From Chiloscyllium plagiosum (lineage: Eukaryota), in assembly GCF_004010195.1 (NCBI RefSeq), contig NC_057718.1, positions 23,828,135-23,892,134 of the forward strand: a stretch of 64,000 nt of DNA, read 5' to 3'. Positions 50,758-62,614 of the stretch are shown piece by piece; the first letter of the stretch is position 1, and every line of letters starts with the position of its first letter. A program made the translations under genes and the position numbers. The notes under the pieces are model-generated. The model worked only from the letters and a program-made list of their open reading frames with translations. It was not told the DNA's origin and made no database searches.

Positions 50758-52651
50758 TGGAGGCTGGTAGAATTACAACATTTAAAAGGAATCTGGATGG
50801 ATATATGACTAGGAAAGCTTTGGAGGGATATGGTCCAAATTCTGGCAAATGGACGAGATCTATTTCGGATATCTGGTCGACATGGATGAGTTGGACAGAA
50901 GAGTCTGTCTCTATGCTGTATATCTCTATGACTGTATGATCTTACCTCTTTTATATTTTATTTTTACCCCCCTCACCGATATTGTTTTGTTGACTTAAAG
51001 TCAGTTTCTCTATCGATTATGTATCTGTATTTATCATTTAAATTGTGCTCCCTTGTTCTTCAGATGGCAATCATCATTTTTTTAAGTAGGTGTATACACT
51101 TGAAAAGCATCCTTCAGTGCATTTTCACCATGCATTCCGTCATGTCAGTTACTTCAGATGTAGCAAACACTTCTGTGTGATTGCATTAGTATTCCAAGAT
51201 CATGCCACACATTCTTGACTTTCAGATGACGTCTTGAAAGATTAAAGGTGTGGGATGGGAGGAGGATCATGTGATTCCTCCATACGTGGTGGCCATGTCA
51301 TTCAATTCAGTTCACTTAAAAAAAAACTTGATAGGTAAGGACACAAATAACTCCAAAAGAAAACTATCAATTCATTAATTTCCTGTCAATTCATTAATTT
51401 AATCAACTTTTTCCTTTCACTTGAGATTTTCTATTTAATTGCACTAAGGTGAGTTACCCATTCCCAGTGTGTCACTTTTACCCTGTTACTGTTAGTTTCT
51501 TCTCAATAATTATCATTCTATCCGATTCACAAGCTCTAAAGAAATCTTACTGTCCTGTTTAAATAGAAAGCATGTCTTTATCATATCTTTAAAACAGAAA
51601 TAAAGCATTAATGAGTGAATATAAATATGACCAAATTCTGTTTATTCTTTGTTAGAAAAAATGCATACAGTTTTCTTAAAATTAATTGGCTCAATTATGC
51701 ATGACATTTCTTTCTTTTGTTTCCCCAAATTCTGATATGGCAGTAACAGACTTGAGGCTTTCTTTTGTGTACAGCCTAGCAGTGTCGTGGGATGTCATCG
51801 CAAGCAATTTTTCCCACTGTTTAATGCAAATTAAAAGCATCTACTCTGTCTCCATTGGCTGTTGTTTCGAATTAAAATTAAACAAACAAATATATTTCTC
51901 TGCTTGAATCTCAGTTAAGTTTCCTGATGCCTGCTTGAAATAACAACGTATCAAAGTATTTTATCAATTGAACTTTCAGAATCAATTCTGTCCAGGCTTG
52001 GTGGTTTTGAACAGTGCATTTATATTGGAGACTTAAGTGATTGAAGTCATTTCAGGGTTCTCCCTTTCTCAAAGACTTTGTCTTGGAAAGACTCTCGCTG
52101 TGCCCTTGAATCCTCTTTTAAAATCACCCCAAAAAAATTCAGTTAGGCTTTGGAGGAAGCCACATAGGTTCACAATGCCCAAATATATCTGTTAATTCTG
52201 AAACCCAAAATGTAGTCCTGTCAAAAATCATATGTCTAGCCAGACAGAAGATGTACAGAGAGATTTAAAAACTCTCAATAGATGGAGTGAACTCTCTACT
52301 GCTCTGAGAAGGCGCAGGGTTTAATTCACCAGGTGATGTCATGTCACAGTCTGTTTTTAGGTCCTTTTCATTTGTATCTCTGATTTACATTTTTTGTTTC
52401 TCCTGGAAACTAAAAAAAGGAATCAATTTGGATGTCTGCCAGGTTTTCACTTATTTGTATGCTTTGAGAACATGTTTTCTACAGCACAGATTTAAAAAAA
52501 ATTAATATTGAAAAGTAAAGTTGACACCTTTTGTGAACCTTTGTCTAAACATTTGATTTCTTCCACAAATCAATTCTGAAGTTTTGAATTAGCGTACAGC
52601 ATTCTCTTTTACCAAAGGTTTGATCTGAAGATAAGATATGCTCTCTAAGAG

Positions 52652-53545
52652 TAGACAATAGACAACAGGTGCAGGAGTCGGCCATTCTGCCCTTCAAGTC
52701 AGCACCACCATTCATTATGATCATGGCTGATCATCCTCAATCAGTATCCTGTTCCTGCCTTATCCACATAACCCTTGATTCCACTATTCTTAAGAGCTCT
52801 ATCCAACTCTTTCTTGAAAGTATCCAGAGACTTGGCCCCCACAGCCTTCTGGGGCAGAGCATTCCATACACCCACCACTCTCTGAGTGAAGAAGTTTCTC
52901 CTCAACTCTGTTCTAAGTGGCCTACCCCTTATTTTTAAACTGTGTCCTCTGGTTCAGGACTCACCCATCAGCGGAAACATGCTTCTTGCCTCCAGAGTGT
53001 CCAATCCTTTAATAATCTTATACGTCTCAATCAGATCCCCTCTCAGCCTTCTAAACCCAAGGGTATACAAGCCCTGTATTCTCCTAACATCCTCCTCACA
53101 TTTCACCCTGCCACCCAGTTTTGTGTCATCAGCAAATTGCTAATAATACTTTTAATACCTTCATCTATATCATTAATGTACATTGTAAAAAGCTGCGGTC
53201 CCAGCACTGATCCCTGCGGCACACCACTGGTCACCGCCTGCTATTCCGAAAGGGAGCTGTTTATCACTACTCTTTGTTTCCTGTCAGCCAACCAATTTTC
53301 AATCCAAGTCAGTATTTTGCCCCAATACTATGTGCCCTAATTTTGCTCACTAACCTCCTATGTGGGACTTTATCAGAGGCTTTCTGAAAGTCCAGGTATG
53401 CTACATCCACTGGATCTCCCTTGTCCATCTTCAGAGTTACATCCTCAAAAAATTTCAGAACATTAGTCAAGCATGATTTCCCCTTTATAAATCCATGCTG
53501 ACTCTGACCTATCCTGTTACTGCTATCCAATACACTTCAACTTTC
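52652..53545 (-). mobile_element. CR1 LINE fragment with internal deletion
   Basis: 'QHGFIKGKSCLTN...LDFQKASDKVPH'; (tagacaa)n terminus. Confidence 0.9.
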
Positions 53546-53631
53546 ACTGGAGACCCCTCTAACCACATGAGGGAATATGAATATTTGTAGATTTGTGCTG
53601 GAACAGTGCTGGAGGGTCTCTGGGGGGGATC

Positions 53632-53730
53632 CTGAAGAAGGGTCACTGGACCCGAAATGTTAACTCTGCTTTCTCTCCACAGATATTGCCTGACCTGCTG
53701 AGTTTCTCCAGCTATTTCTGTTTTTACTGC
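53632..53730 (+). mobile_element. PLE pLTR fragment with a near-intact HHR core
   Basis: CUGAAGA-A-GGGUC.ACUG.GACCC-GAAA-UGUU: perfect stem II, stem I lost. Confidence 0.8.
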
Positions 53731-53754
53731 TAGGTATCTTTCCCACCTTTGATT

Positions 53755-54222
53755 CATGGAATGGTCGGATTAACGTATGAGGAGAGGTTGAATTGGTTGG
53801 GATTGTATTTGCTGGTGTTCAGAAGAACGAGATGGGGCAGGGAGTAATGTCATAGAAACATCTAAAACTCTAACAGGACTAGAACAGGATAAATGCGGGA
53901 AGGATGTTAATGACAAGTAAGTGTGGAACCAGGAGTCACAGTCTAAGGATGTGCATTAAACCATTTAGGATTGACATGAGGGGACATATCTTTTCCCAGT
54001 GAGTGGTGAGCCTCTTGAATCCGCTACCATAGAAAGCAGTCAATACTAAAATATTGTGTGTTTTCAAGACTGAGTTGGATATAGCACTGAAGTGATCAAA
54101 GGGTATGGGAGAAAAGCAGGAACAGGTTTAGATGATCAGCCATGATCTTACCGAATGGTGGAGCAGGCTTGAAGAGGCAGGTGACATATTCCTGCTCCCG
54201 TTTTCTCTGTCTCTATATATTT
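53755..54222 (+). mobile_element. CR1 3' fragment
   Basis: 'tatgaggagaggttg...gaatggtggagcaggcttgaag'. Confidence 0.8.
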
Positions 54223-54299
54223 TCAGTCTTTAGCCAACTCTAACCAGTCGGCATTGTACTCCAGCTTTGCCTCATTAGATTGGAAAGGTAGAGCAAAGG

Positions 54300-55600
54300 G
54301 CTGAGCACTTTCAATAATGCCCCCGACCCATATCAGCTGGAATTGTTTGCACTGTTCCAGGATGTTCAAGACCTCCTGGCCTCTTTTCTGAGATAACTGT
54401 CACGTCTTTCTCCTTGTTTGCCAATTTCTGCCAGGCTTTTTCTTTGTTATTGGTGATTCCAACTGTATTCAACTTGATGGCAAGCGACCCTTGTCTTGAA
54501 CACCGTCAAGACTCGTGTGAGCATTTTGCAAAGTTTGGGCAGGGATCTCGGATAATGGTTAGTGTTAGGTTGTAAATTCTGTGTGATTGTTCATGACGTG
54601 TGTGCATAGGAGGAAGAGGGGGTAGGAAGCAGACATTTTCTTCTTGTCAGGTTCTTCCACATCCTAAAGCTATTGCAATGGAAACAGTCAATGTGGAGGC
54701 TCCTTCTTTGCACAGGGTTCTTTTGAGGTCCAGACATCTGGCATTACATCTACATTAGTATTTCCTGAACTCCTGCAAAGCTTATTACAAACCTGTCCCC
54801 AGGCTGTGTTAGCCCAATGGATCAACTTTCAGAGCACTGTTTTACAGTCTTGCATACCCACTGTCCTATTGACTGATGGCTGGAGTCTTTTCAGTAAGAG
54901 GCCGACTGTGAGATATAGGTTCAATGGAGAGAAAATTGAATCAATGTGGATGGAAATTAGAAATAGTAAGGGGAAAAAAGTCAATGACAGGCGTAGTCTA
55001 TCGGCCACCAAATAATATCATGGTGGGGCGGCCAATAATCAAAGAAATAACCAAAGTATGTAAAATTGGTACAGCAATTATCCTGAGCGATTTTAATCTA
55101 CGAGTTGATTGGTCAAACCAAGTCGACCAAGGCAGCCTTTAGGAGGAGTTCATAGAATGTATCAACAACAGTTGCCTCGAACAATATGTGATGGAACCTC
55201 CAAGGGAGGAAGCTATTCTGCATCTAGTGAACAGGCAGCTGGGAGGATCTGTTTGAAATCCTCACTCTCTAACTCTGAGTGTTCACTTCTAAACATTTCC
55301 TATTTCAGCACAAGGAGAAGGATATCATAACTCACACGCATTGTGATTCCCAGTTCTTCCCTGAAGGCCCTAGTCTTGGCTAGTGACGGGGTCAATGTAT
55401 GCTTCTGAACTCTTCTTTAATCGCAGTGGGAGTTCCATCCTAACTTCTATCTTGCTCAGTTTTCCCTAAAGCTCTTGTGACTACGCAGACAGGCCTTGTT
55501 TGGCCATTCAGGAGAGGCACAGCAGAAGGATGCTTGTTTCCCAGTTTGTATTAAAGCCTCTGGTCCTATTAACAAGAAAATAAGTCATGACTGCATTTTT
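54300..55600 (-). mobile_element. Possible highly decayed HERO/NeSL-type (REL-endonuclease) non-LTR element
   Basis: Frameshifted motifs in HERO order: L*GK.SK..ELPL/KEEFR, CKTVL, FP..IA...RPD, EFT, VGIT...KA...LA. Confidence 0.35.
54915..55220 (+). mobile_element. CR1 APE-endonuclease fragment
   Basis: 'ESMWMEIRNSKGKK', 'GVVYRPPN', 'SDFNL'. Confidence 0.88.
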
Positions 55601-55724
55601 GTAACTCGGAGCTGTCGAGAAGTTTATAAGTTTGGCAATTAAAGGGATAAGGTCTGCCTCTGGGGAAGCAATGCTTGTTTGTCAAATAATTCTCTCAGAG
55701 CACGCCTTAAATTCCAAATGAAAA

Positions 55725-55840
55725 GAAACAAAAGAACTGCAGAAGCCGAAACAAAAACAGAAATTGCTGGAAAACTCGGCCAGTCTGGCAGCATCAGTGG
55801 AGAGACAGCAGAGTTTTGGGTCCGGTGTCTCTTCTTCAAC
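55725..55840 (-). mobile_element. PLE terminal-repeat fragment
   Basis: 'cagaaattgctggaaaactcggccagtctggcagcatc'. Confidence 0.75.
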
Positions 55841-56314
55841 CCTTGAATCATGTCATTCCCATTCTGAATCTCACATTCACTGGTCATAATTCAGTGTCTA
55901 ATTTCAAATTTTCTCTCTGTTTTTGTGGCATGACTCATTACATGATTCAATCTCCCATTTTAAGTGAGTGTATAGGCTGTCAATTTTCTTTTGTAACCTT
56001 GTAACTCATTCCCTAGACTCCTTGTATTTTCTGTTTAGCTGCATGGCACACACATGGGCACTATGGGCCAATTTATTCCAGACTTTCTTTCCTCTTCACC
56101 TTACCCTTCTGAACATCCTGAGAAAGTCTATCTAAAATAGGCTCATAATCTCCATCTCAGTTTTCTTACTCTAGAACTCCAACAGTTAAACTTTCCAGCA
56201 ACCACTGTCCAGCACCATGGCAAAGTCATTGATTTAAGTGTGAGTTACTCAACACACATTTAGTTGCAATCTAATACTGCTGCTTCCCAGTTTCTTAAGA
56301 TAAAGCCTCAACTT

Positions 56315-56662
56315 AGAACATAGAACATAGAACGTTACAGCACAGTACAGGCCCTTCGGCCCTCGATGTTGCACCGCCCTGTCATACTAATCTGAAGCCC
56401 ATCCCACCTACACTATTCCATGTACGTCCATATGCCTGTCCAATGATGACTTAAATGCACTTAAACTTGGCGAATCTACTACCATTGCAGGCAAAGCATT
56501 CCATACCCTTACTACTCTCTGAGTAAAGAAACTACCTCTGACATCTGTCTTATACCTATCTCCCCCCACTTTAACGTTGTGTCCCCTCGTGTTTGCCGTC
56601 CCCATACTTGGAAAAAGGCTCTCCCTGTCCACCCTATCTAACCCTCTGATTAGCTTGTATGT
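56315..56662 (-). mobile_element. Young CR1 3' fragment with 8-bp TSD
   Basis: TSD ctcaactt at 56307-56314 and 56663-56670; (tagaaca)n terminus. Confidence 0.92.
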
Positions 56663-56937
56663 CTCAACTTCTGTGAATCCAACTCCTGACAATACTGTTG
56701 ATTTTAGGGTGTTCACGATCATAGGCCCCTGATACAGGCAGTCCCAGATTTGTAGCAGTTTCCTGATAGTTGATTGAATTTGCTAAAATGCAGCCATTTA
56801 GATGTGTACTTTAGTTAATTAGGCAAAGAAAGGAAACTCATTGCCTGTGACAGATGAGAAAGCTTCACTAATCATGAAACTGTCCTGTCAGATGGAAAAG
56901 TATGGACAGTGCATTTGCAACTCTTACTGTCTTCTGA

Positions 56938-57072
56938 ATCATAGAATCTCTATAGTGCAGAAGAGGCCAATCAGCCCATCAACTCCCTACTGACCTTTGA
57001 AGAGCATCCCACCAAGACCTACCCCCTTCACCCTATCCCTGTAACCCTGCATTTCCTATGGCTAATCCACAC
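56938..57072 (-). mobile_element. HE1-like SINE 3' fragment
   Basis: 'atcatagaatc...gaagagcatcccacc...ctgtaaccctgcatttcc'. Confidence 0.75.
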
Positions 57073-57774
57073 AGGTTTAAGGGGGAACCATAACTTTCAA
57101 CAAACCCAAAGGTGACAAGGCAGACATCTCATTGGAATGATACACATTGGTCCTCGTAGAGAAAGTCAATACAGGGATCCTACTGGTGGGTGAGGTCCCA
57201 GCTGCCCACATTAAACCCAACCATTGTGACTAGACTTGAAGTTTTACAACTAGCTTTGGCGATTTCTACAACAGAAAAAGCGCCATGCTAGTTTTTTTTA
57301 ATGGAGAACTGAGAAATTCCACAACTTATTACTTTAAGAGAACAAAGGAATAAGTCCTCACTGATATTTGTCAAGCAGTTCTGCAACTTAGAAATGCAGA
57401 TAATATTCTCACAGGATTTTGTGCAATATTCCACTTACACAGTGCTGATTCAGGCAATGCAAATACCAGCGACTGTTTTTATTCTCTAGTCTTACTGACA
57501 TGGCTGATTTAAGTAAGGCATGTTAAATAGCTTTGTTTCATCAGTCTTGGCAGACGGATTAGCCTTGCCGCAGTCTCTAATGGCTTAGATTTTTCTGATG
57601 GTGTCAGAATAGCATGTAGAATTGACACCCAGTGTCACCTGCCATCTACCTGAACTTTTATTGGGTCTCTGAGTTCAGATGGAAATATAAACTTCAACCA
57701 CATACTATGCATACATATCGCAACAGGTGTTCCTGCCTCTGGCTGCTTTATATGTAAAGGAAGGAAAGAATAGA

Positions 57775-57960
57775 AATACTTACATTTGCATAGTGTCACT
57801 TTTAACCTCAAGAAGCCATCACACGCCATTGAAGTGCAATCAATATTCCAGTATTGGAAAAACAGGACAGCCAAGTTGCAAAGCAAGGTCCTACAAACAA
57901 CAATCAACTTATAACTGCATAATGGAAGAAAATGAGGGCTACATTCTTGTTACCAATTTA
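57775..57960 (-). mobile_element. Deu-SINE tail (old)
   Basis: Reverse complement resembles 19830-19990. Confidence 0.5.
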
Positions 57961-58134
57961 ACAGCAATGAGCGTTGTTGCTGGTGACTATAAGAAAGGAG
58001 TAGAATGGGGTGGAAAATTAAAGCAATAAAGCTTTCCAGCTTTATGAAGTTGCAGAATCACCATTTCTATCCTAAACTGATCACAGGCTTGCAGCCCTGC
58101 TCAAATCGGTCAGCTGAGGCTGCCGGGCTCAGTC

Positions 58135-58228
58135 TCAGGAAGGGTCACTCGACTGGAAACTCTGATTTCTCTCCATTAGATGCTGTCCAGACCTGCTAAG
58201 CTTTTCCAGCAATTTCTGTTTTTGTTAT
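58135..58228 (+). mobile_element. PLE pLTR fragment with a decayed HHR
   Basis: 'aggaagggtcactcgactggaaac...gatgctgtccagacctgct'. Confidence 0.7.
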
Positions 58229-59235
58229 CAGTCTCCCACATGCCATTCTAGAAATATGGGACAAAATGTGTTCCTTAAGGGTTACAAAACAAGTATAGTA
58301 ATGAACAATGCCTTCACATAGGACAGTTGGTCATGCTGACTGGATAAGAAGTCATGAAGCAAACTTGTTTATGTGATGTATAACAGCCAGGATAAATTTT
58401 GGAGGCACAGTACAGCTAGAGCAGAGTTCTTTGCCACAACTTCCCAGTAAACCTACACAGACACATGGAAATTTCCTTTACAAAGAAGAATGAATGCAAG
58501 TCTGAAAAGGGTGTGCGAGAGCAGCCAGGGGAGAAATTATAATCTCTGTTTTGTTTCAAGTTTGATGCAGAAATGTGATTGCAATGCTTAGGGTTAAGTC
58601 AGCAGGATTTGTTAGATTCAAATTAGATCAGTGGATGTCAGCACCAGTTTGGGAGAAACAAAGTGATACTTAAATCCCATTTCTAAAGCAAATTGCAGGC
58701 CAGTACTTCAGGAGATGTGAGATGGACAAGAATCAATATTTGTATGTGAAAGCGCTTAAAAGATTTACAGGAAAATCAGTTCAGAAATGAAAATTTGTTA
58801 ATCTGGTTCACAGTTTGATATTGGGCATTCTATGGGGCAACTAAAGGACACAATATAAGAAATAATATCCTAACATACTTATTGACATGGGATGAGATGA
58901 AATGCAGTGCTGGAGGGCGGAGGTACAGACATTATGACAGGAATTTTCCAGACAGAAGAAGTTTGGAAACCCAAGAAAACTTGTGATTTTCCAGCATTTC
59001 TAAAGCTCATCTGTTTAATTTCCAGAGGACATGTAGGCAAAGCCTCCACTAATATTTATTCTTGCTGTACAGTAGCACTTTGCATCATTTATCTTGGCAG
59101 TAGAGTGTGCAATTTATTAATTACAAAGCATATGCAAGCTGAATTGTAAATTTTGTTTTCATTAATCTTACAACCTACAAACATTGGGACTCTTTCAGAT
59201 CTAATTGGAATCTACCGGGTGGTACATCCAGATTT

Positions 59236-59858
59236 GGGTGTAGGACCATTTGGCGCAGCCATTTTGGCGCGAGCGATTCAGCGTGGCCTGTTTGGCGCAG
59301 CCCATTTTGCCACTGACCCATTTAACTGCAGAACTATTTTGGCGCAGCTCATTTTCAGGCTTCGTTAAAAGCATTAATGAAAGCAGTAAAAATAAAAGTA
59401 ATGTTTATCCTCATTAGTAAAAGAAAAAAAAAGAAATAAGGTAAATACTAAAAATCTAAAATATGACATTTATTCAAAATTATGGGCAATCCCTCATAAA
59501 TACTCAACATCATTTCTCTCACTAAATCGTCTTACGAGTGTTTGTAATTTGAGTTTTGCAAATGTCCTTCCTCTCACATCTTCAAAATTTTGTTATCTTA
59601 TCAGCAGCATATCTATGAAATATGTATATATAGCCGTCGTATGAGCACTTTTCCTTTCCACATTTTGACAACAAAATTGTTGATGGTATTTTAATGGGTT
59701 ATATTTTATTTTAATAATAGCTACAAACTACTGATTAACTATAAACTATTGGAAAACGTATATCTGCGCCAAAACAGTTCTGCGCCTAAATGGGTCTGCG
59801 CCAAACAGGCTGCGCCAAATCGCTTGCGCCAAAATGGCTGTGCTGAGTGGTCCCACTC
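59236..59858 (-). mobile_element. Non-autonomous MULE/Mutator foldback-type DNA transposon
   Basis: TSD atccagattt at 59226-59235 and 59859-59868; ~110-120-bp TIRs built from ttggcgcag repeats; minus-strand remnant KLQTLVRRFSERNDVEYL*GIAHNFE* at 59470-59559. Confidence 0.85.
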
Positions 59859-60679
59859 ATCCAGATTTCTACGGATTTGCATTGAATTCATTCTTTTTTC
59901 TCTTTTCAGCTCTCTTAAAGTGACAGGAATAAAATAATATTGTAAATATTTTGTTCATCAACTGATTCTGTGCTTTAAGGATTTATTTCGTAATTAATTA
60001 CGTTCTTCATATATTCTATCACCAGCATATTTTATGTCTTTCTACTACATCAATTGGACAGACACAAAATACCATACATCATTCTGCATACCAACTCCAG
60101 TAATTAAAATCTGCCTGGAAACAAACATGTCAGAATAAAAGGCCACATTTAACAGAGAATCAGTATTTTAATTGCCTGCATCACTGAACAGATGGGATCC
60201 AGCTAGGTCTCCCTGCACGTAATGACAGAGCACAAAGGGACATGGTATCAGAGCTTATAGTAAGTGTGCTGACTTCCAGCTGCTGTCAATTTCAGAGGAC
60301 TGGAGATTAGTTGTAGTGGCAATTACACTGAATGTCAACCACAGACCTTTCAAGGGCACCTTGTCCAATGCTCGGCTCATGATATATAGTTAATACTTAA
60401 GTGCAAATTTGCAAGCAGAGCTACAGTTGTCAATGCTGTGCTTTTTAAGCTGGAACCTGACTCAAAAAGCTTCACACAGGAGTATTTACAGCACTTGTGT
60501 GGGTGGTTGCCCTTCATCTGCATTATTGATGGCGGCTGCACATAGATCTTAGAAGATTATTACAGACACATTCATTGTTCATGACATCTGAGCAGAAGTT
60601 AAGGTCAGCTCGTATGCTTTACCAGCCATCAATTCCTGAGGTGAATGTCCTGCAATTCATACACAAAATAACAACCAGA

Positions 60680-61515
60680 CCTTGCATTATCTTTTGTGCT
60701 GTCCTTTACAAGAGAGTAAACTGTTAGATTTCTGGGCACTAAGGCAATTGAGGGTATGAGGTTAGGGCAGGAAAATGGAGTTGATGGAGAAGGCTTGCAA
60801 GGTTTTGTTTGAATGTCAGAGCAAGTACATTGTGCTCTGGTCCTGAGCTTATTATTTTCTTATGATCTTCAGAGGAAGGAAACACAATATGACTTATTGA
60901 TTTGATGAGTTTGACCAAAGTGTGGGTTTTGAATTAAATTTTAATGTAATTGGATTTCATTACCAATAACTTTTGGGAGTGTCAAATGAAGAAGAGTTCA
61001 GCATCTTGGGCCAATGCTTTTGGAGTTCCAATGAATAAGAGATTACCTTAGTTACACTAAGATTCTATGGGGGCTTGTCAGGGTGGATGTTGACTGAATG
61101 TTTCTGCTTGTGGGCAATTCAGAACAAGGGCACACAATTTAAAAACAAAGCCCCCCATTTAAGACAATGATGAGGAGGAATTTCTTCTCTTATATCATTG
61201 CTGATCTTTGGACTTCTCTTCCCCATGGAGCAGTAGAAGCTGAGGCATTGGACGTACCCAAGGTTGAGCTAGACAGTTTTTGGTCTGCAAGATAATCAAG
61301 GGTGATGGCAGGCAAGAAGGCAAATATGGCCGCAGTCAGATCAAATGCACCTTATGTCAAATGCATCATATTAAAAACTGGAGCAGATCAAAAAGCCAAG
61401 TGAGCTGCCGCTGTACCTATTCCTTATGATCTTATTGATGTCAAGTTTTTGTTTTTGAACATCTTGGAACATTTTACAACATTACGAGTGCTATATAAAT
61501 GTATATTGTTGTTGG
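60680..61515. mobile_element. Mosaic of old L2 and CR1 3' fragments
   Basis: CR1-like 'acaagggcacacaatttaaaa...gaggaggaatttcttctct' at 61050-61435; L2/Deu-type tails on both flanks. Confidence 0.6.
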
Positions 61516-62614
61516 AATGAGCTATTGATGTTGCCAATATTGCTTCTGACTTATTGCCCCATTTGGAAAGTGTGAATTGGAAATTTACCCCTCAACTTTG
61601 TGAGAGATTTTTTTAACAAACTCACTTCAATTTGTTTTCAGAGCGGAGCTTTGCAGAGGGAGTAGATGTAACTTTCAGGTTTATATATGTTAATAAATTA
61701 CTGTAGAGTTATACAGCCTAATCCAAATAATTAAAACCCTGACATACGCTAACCTATATCAATGATCCAGTCTGATTCCTCCTGAAATCTATTTCCCTCT
61801 CTTGACAAAAATGATTTAAACACAGGAATGCCTGTACCATTACAATGTTTGAAAAGCCATGCTCCTCAATCACTCTCTGTTCATGGTTATGCTAAACATA
61901 CACCATATATTGAAATCATGCAGACACAAATGTCAGAAAATGAGAAACTGAAATTTATGCTCAAATAAATTGATGTGGGAAAAATAAACTCAGAAGGCCA
62001 CAGTCAAATAAATTGTGGGTTCCTATTTGTTCAGCCATCGAGAAACCTGTAAATTAATGAATCCTATTGTCTACCCTTTCACAACATGCTTAAGAATTTT
62101 CTTGAAGCCGGAGTCAACATAATTGTTATATTCCGTAGGGAGCTCCATAATAGGAGATTGTTGCATGTTCCATAATATAGACTTGAAGTACTACTTCAAG
62201 CATAAGTTGGCAGTCTGCCTGCAGGACAGTATAAAAGGCTGCCATCAATGGGAATGTGTATACTGTGAAGAGAAACCGCATGTGTCATGCACTAGAAGAC
62301 CCCTCTTTTGTTTATGTGCATAAGCTATAAGTCAGTTCATACTGTTCAGTTATTTTGAAATATTCCTTGTGAGAATTGCACCTAGTTTCCTCAGTCCTCT
62401 CAGTTTCCTCACTTATTTTATAGCGGATGCTTACTCGGGTGGGGGGTTAGGATAATTTCGTAAGCTGTTTGGAGCAGTGTAGTGCTGCAGTGACCTGGAA
62501 CTCCAAGCTGTTCTACAGACAGAAAGGCACAATTCCCCAGACAGAGATCTTCAAATGCTGCTGCAGGGTCCACTTCATTGCTCCATCACACTGCCTGGAA
62601 CTTTTTATGAAACC

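Larger units (their letters stand above)
44060..50940 (+). mobile_element. Near full-length, disrupted CR1/HER1 LINE with five nested insertions
   Basis: ORF1 ATG at 44653 (MALSRVMCSSCQMWE); esterase ~46100-46360; APE endonuclease 'YRPPNS...GSFNFP...SDHN'; RT; 3' tail at 50758-50940. Confidence 0.92.
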
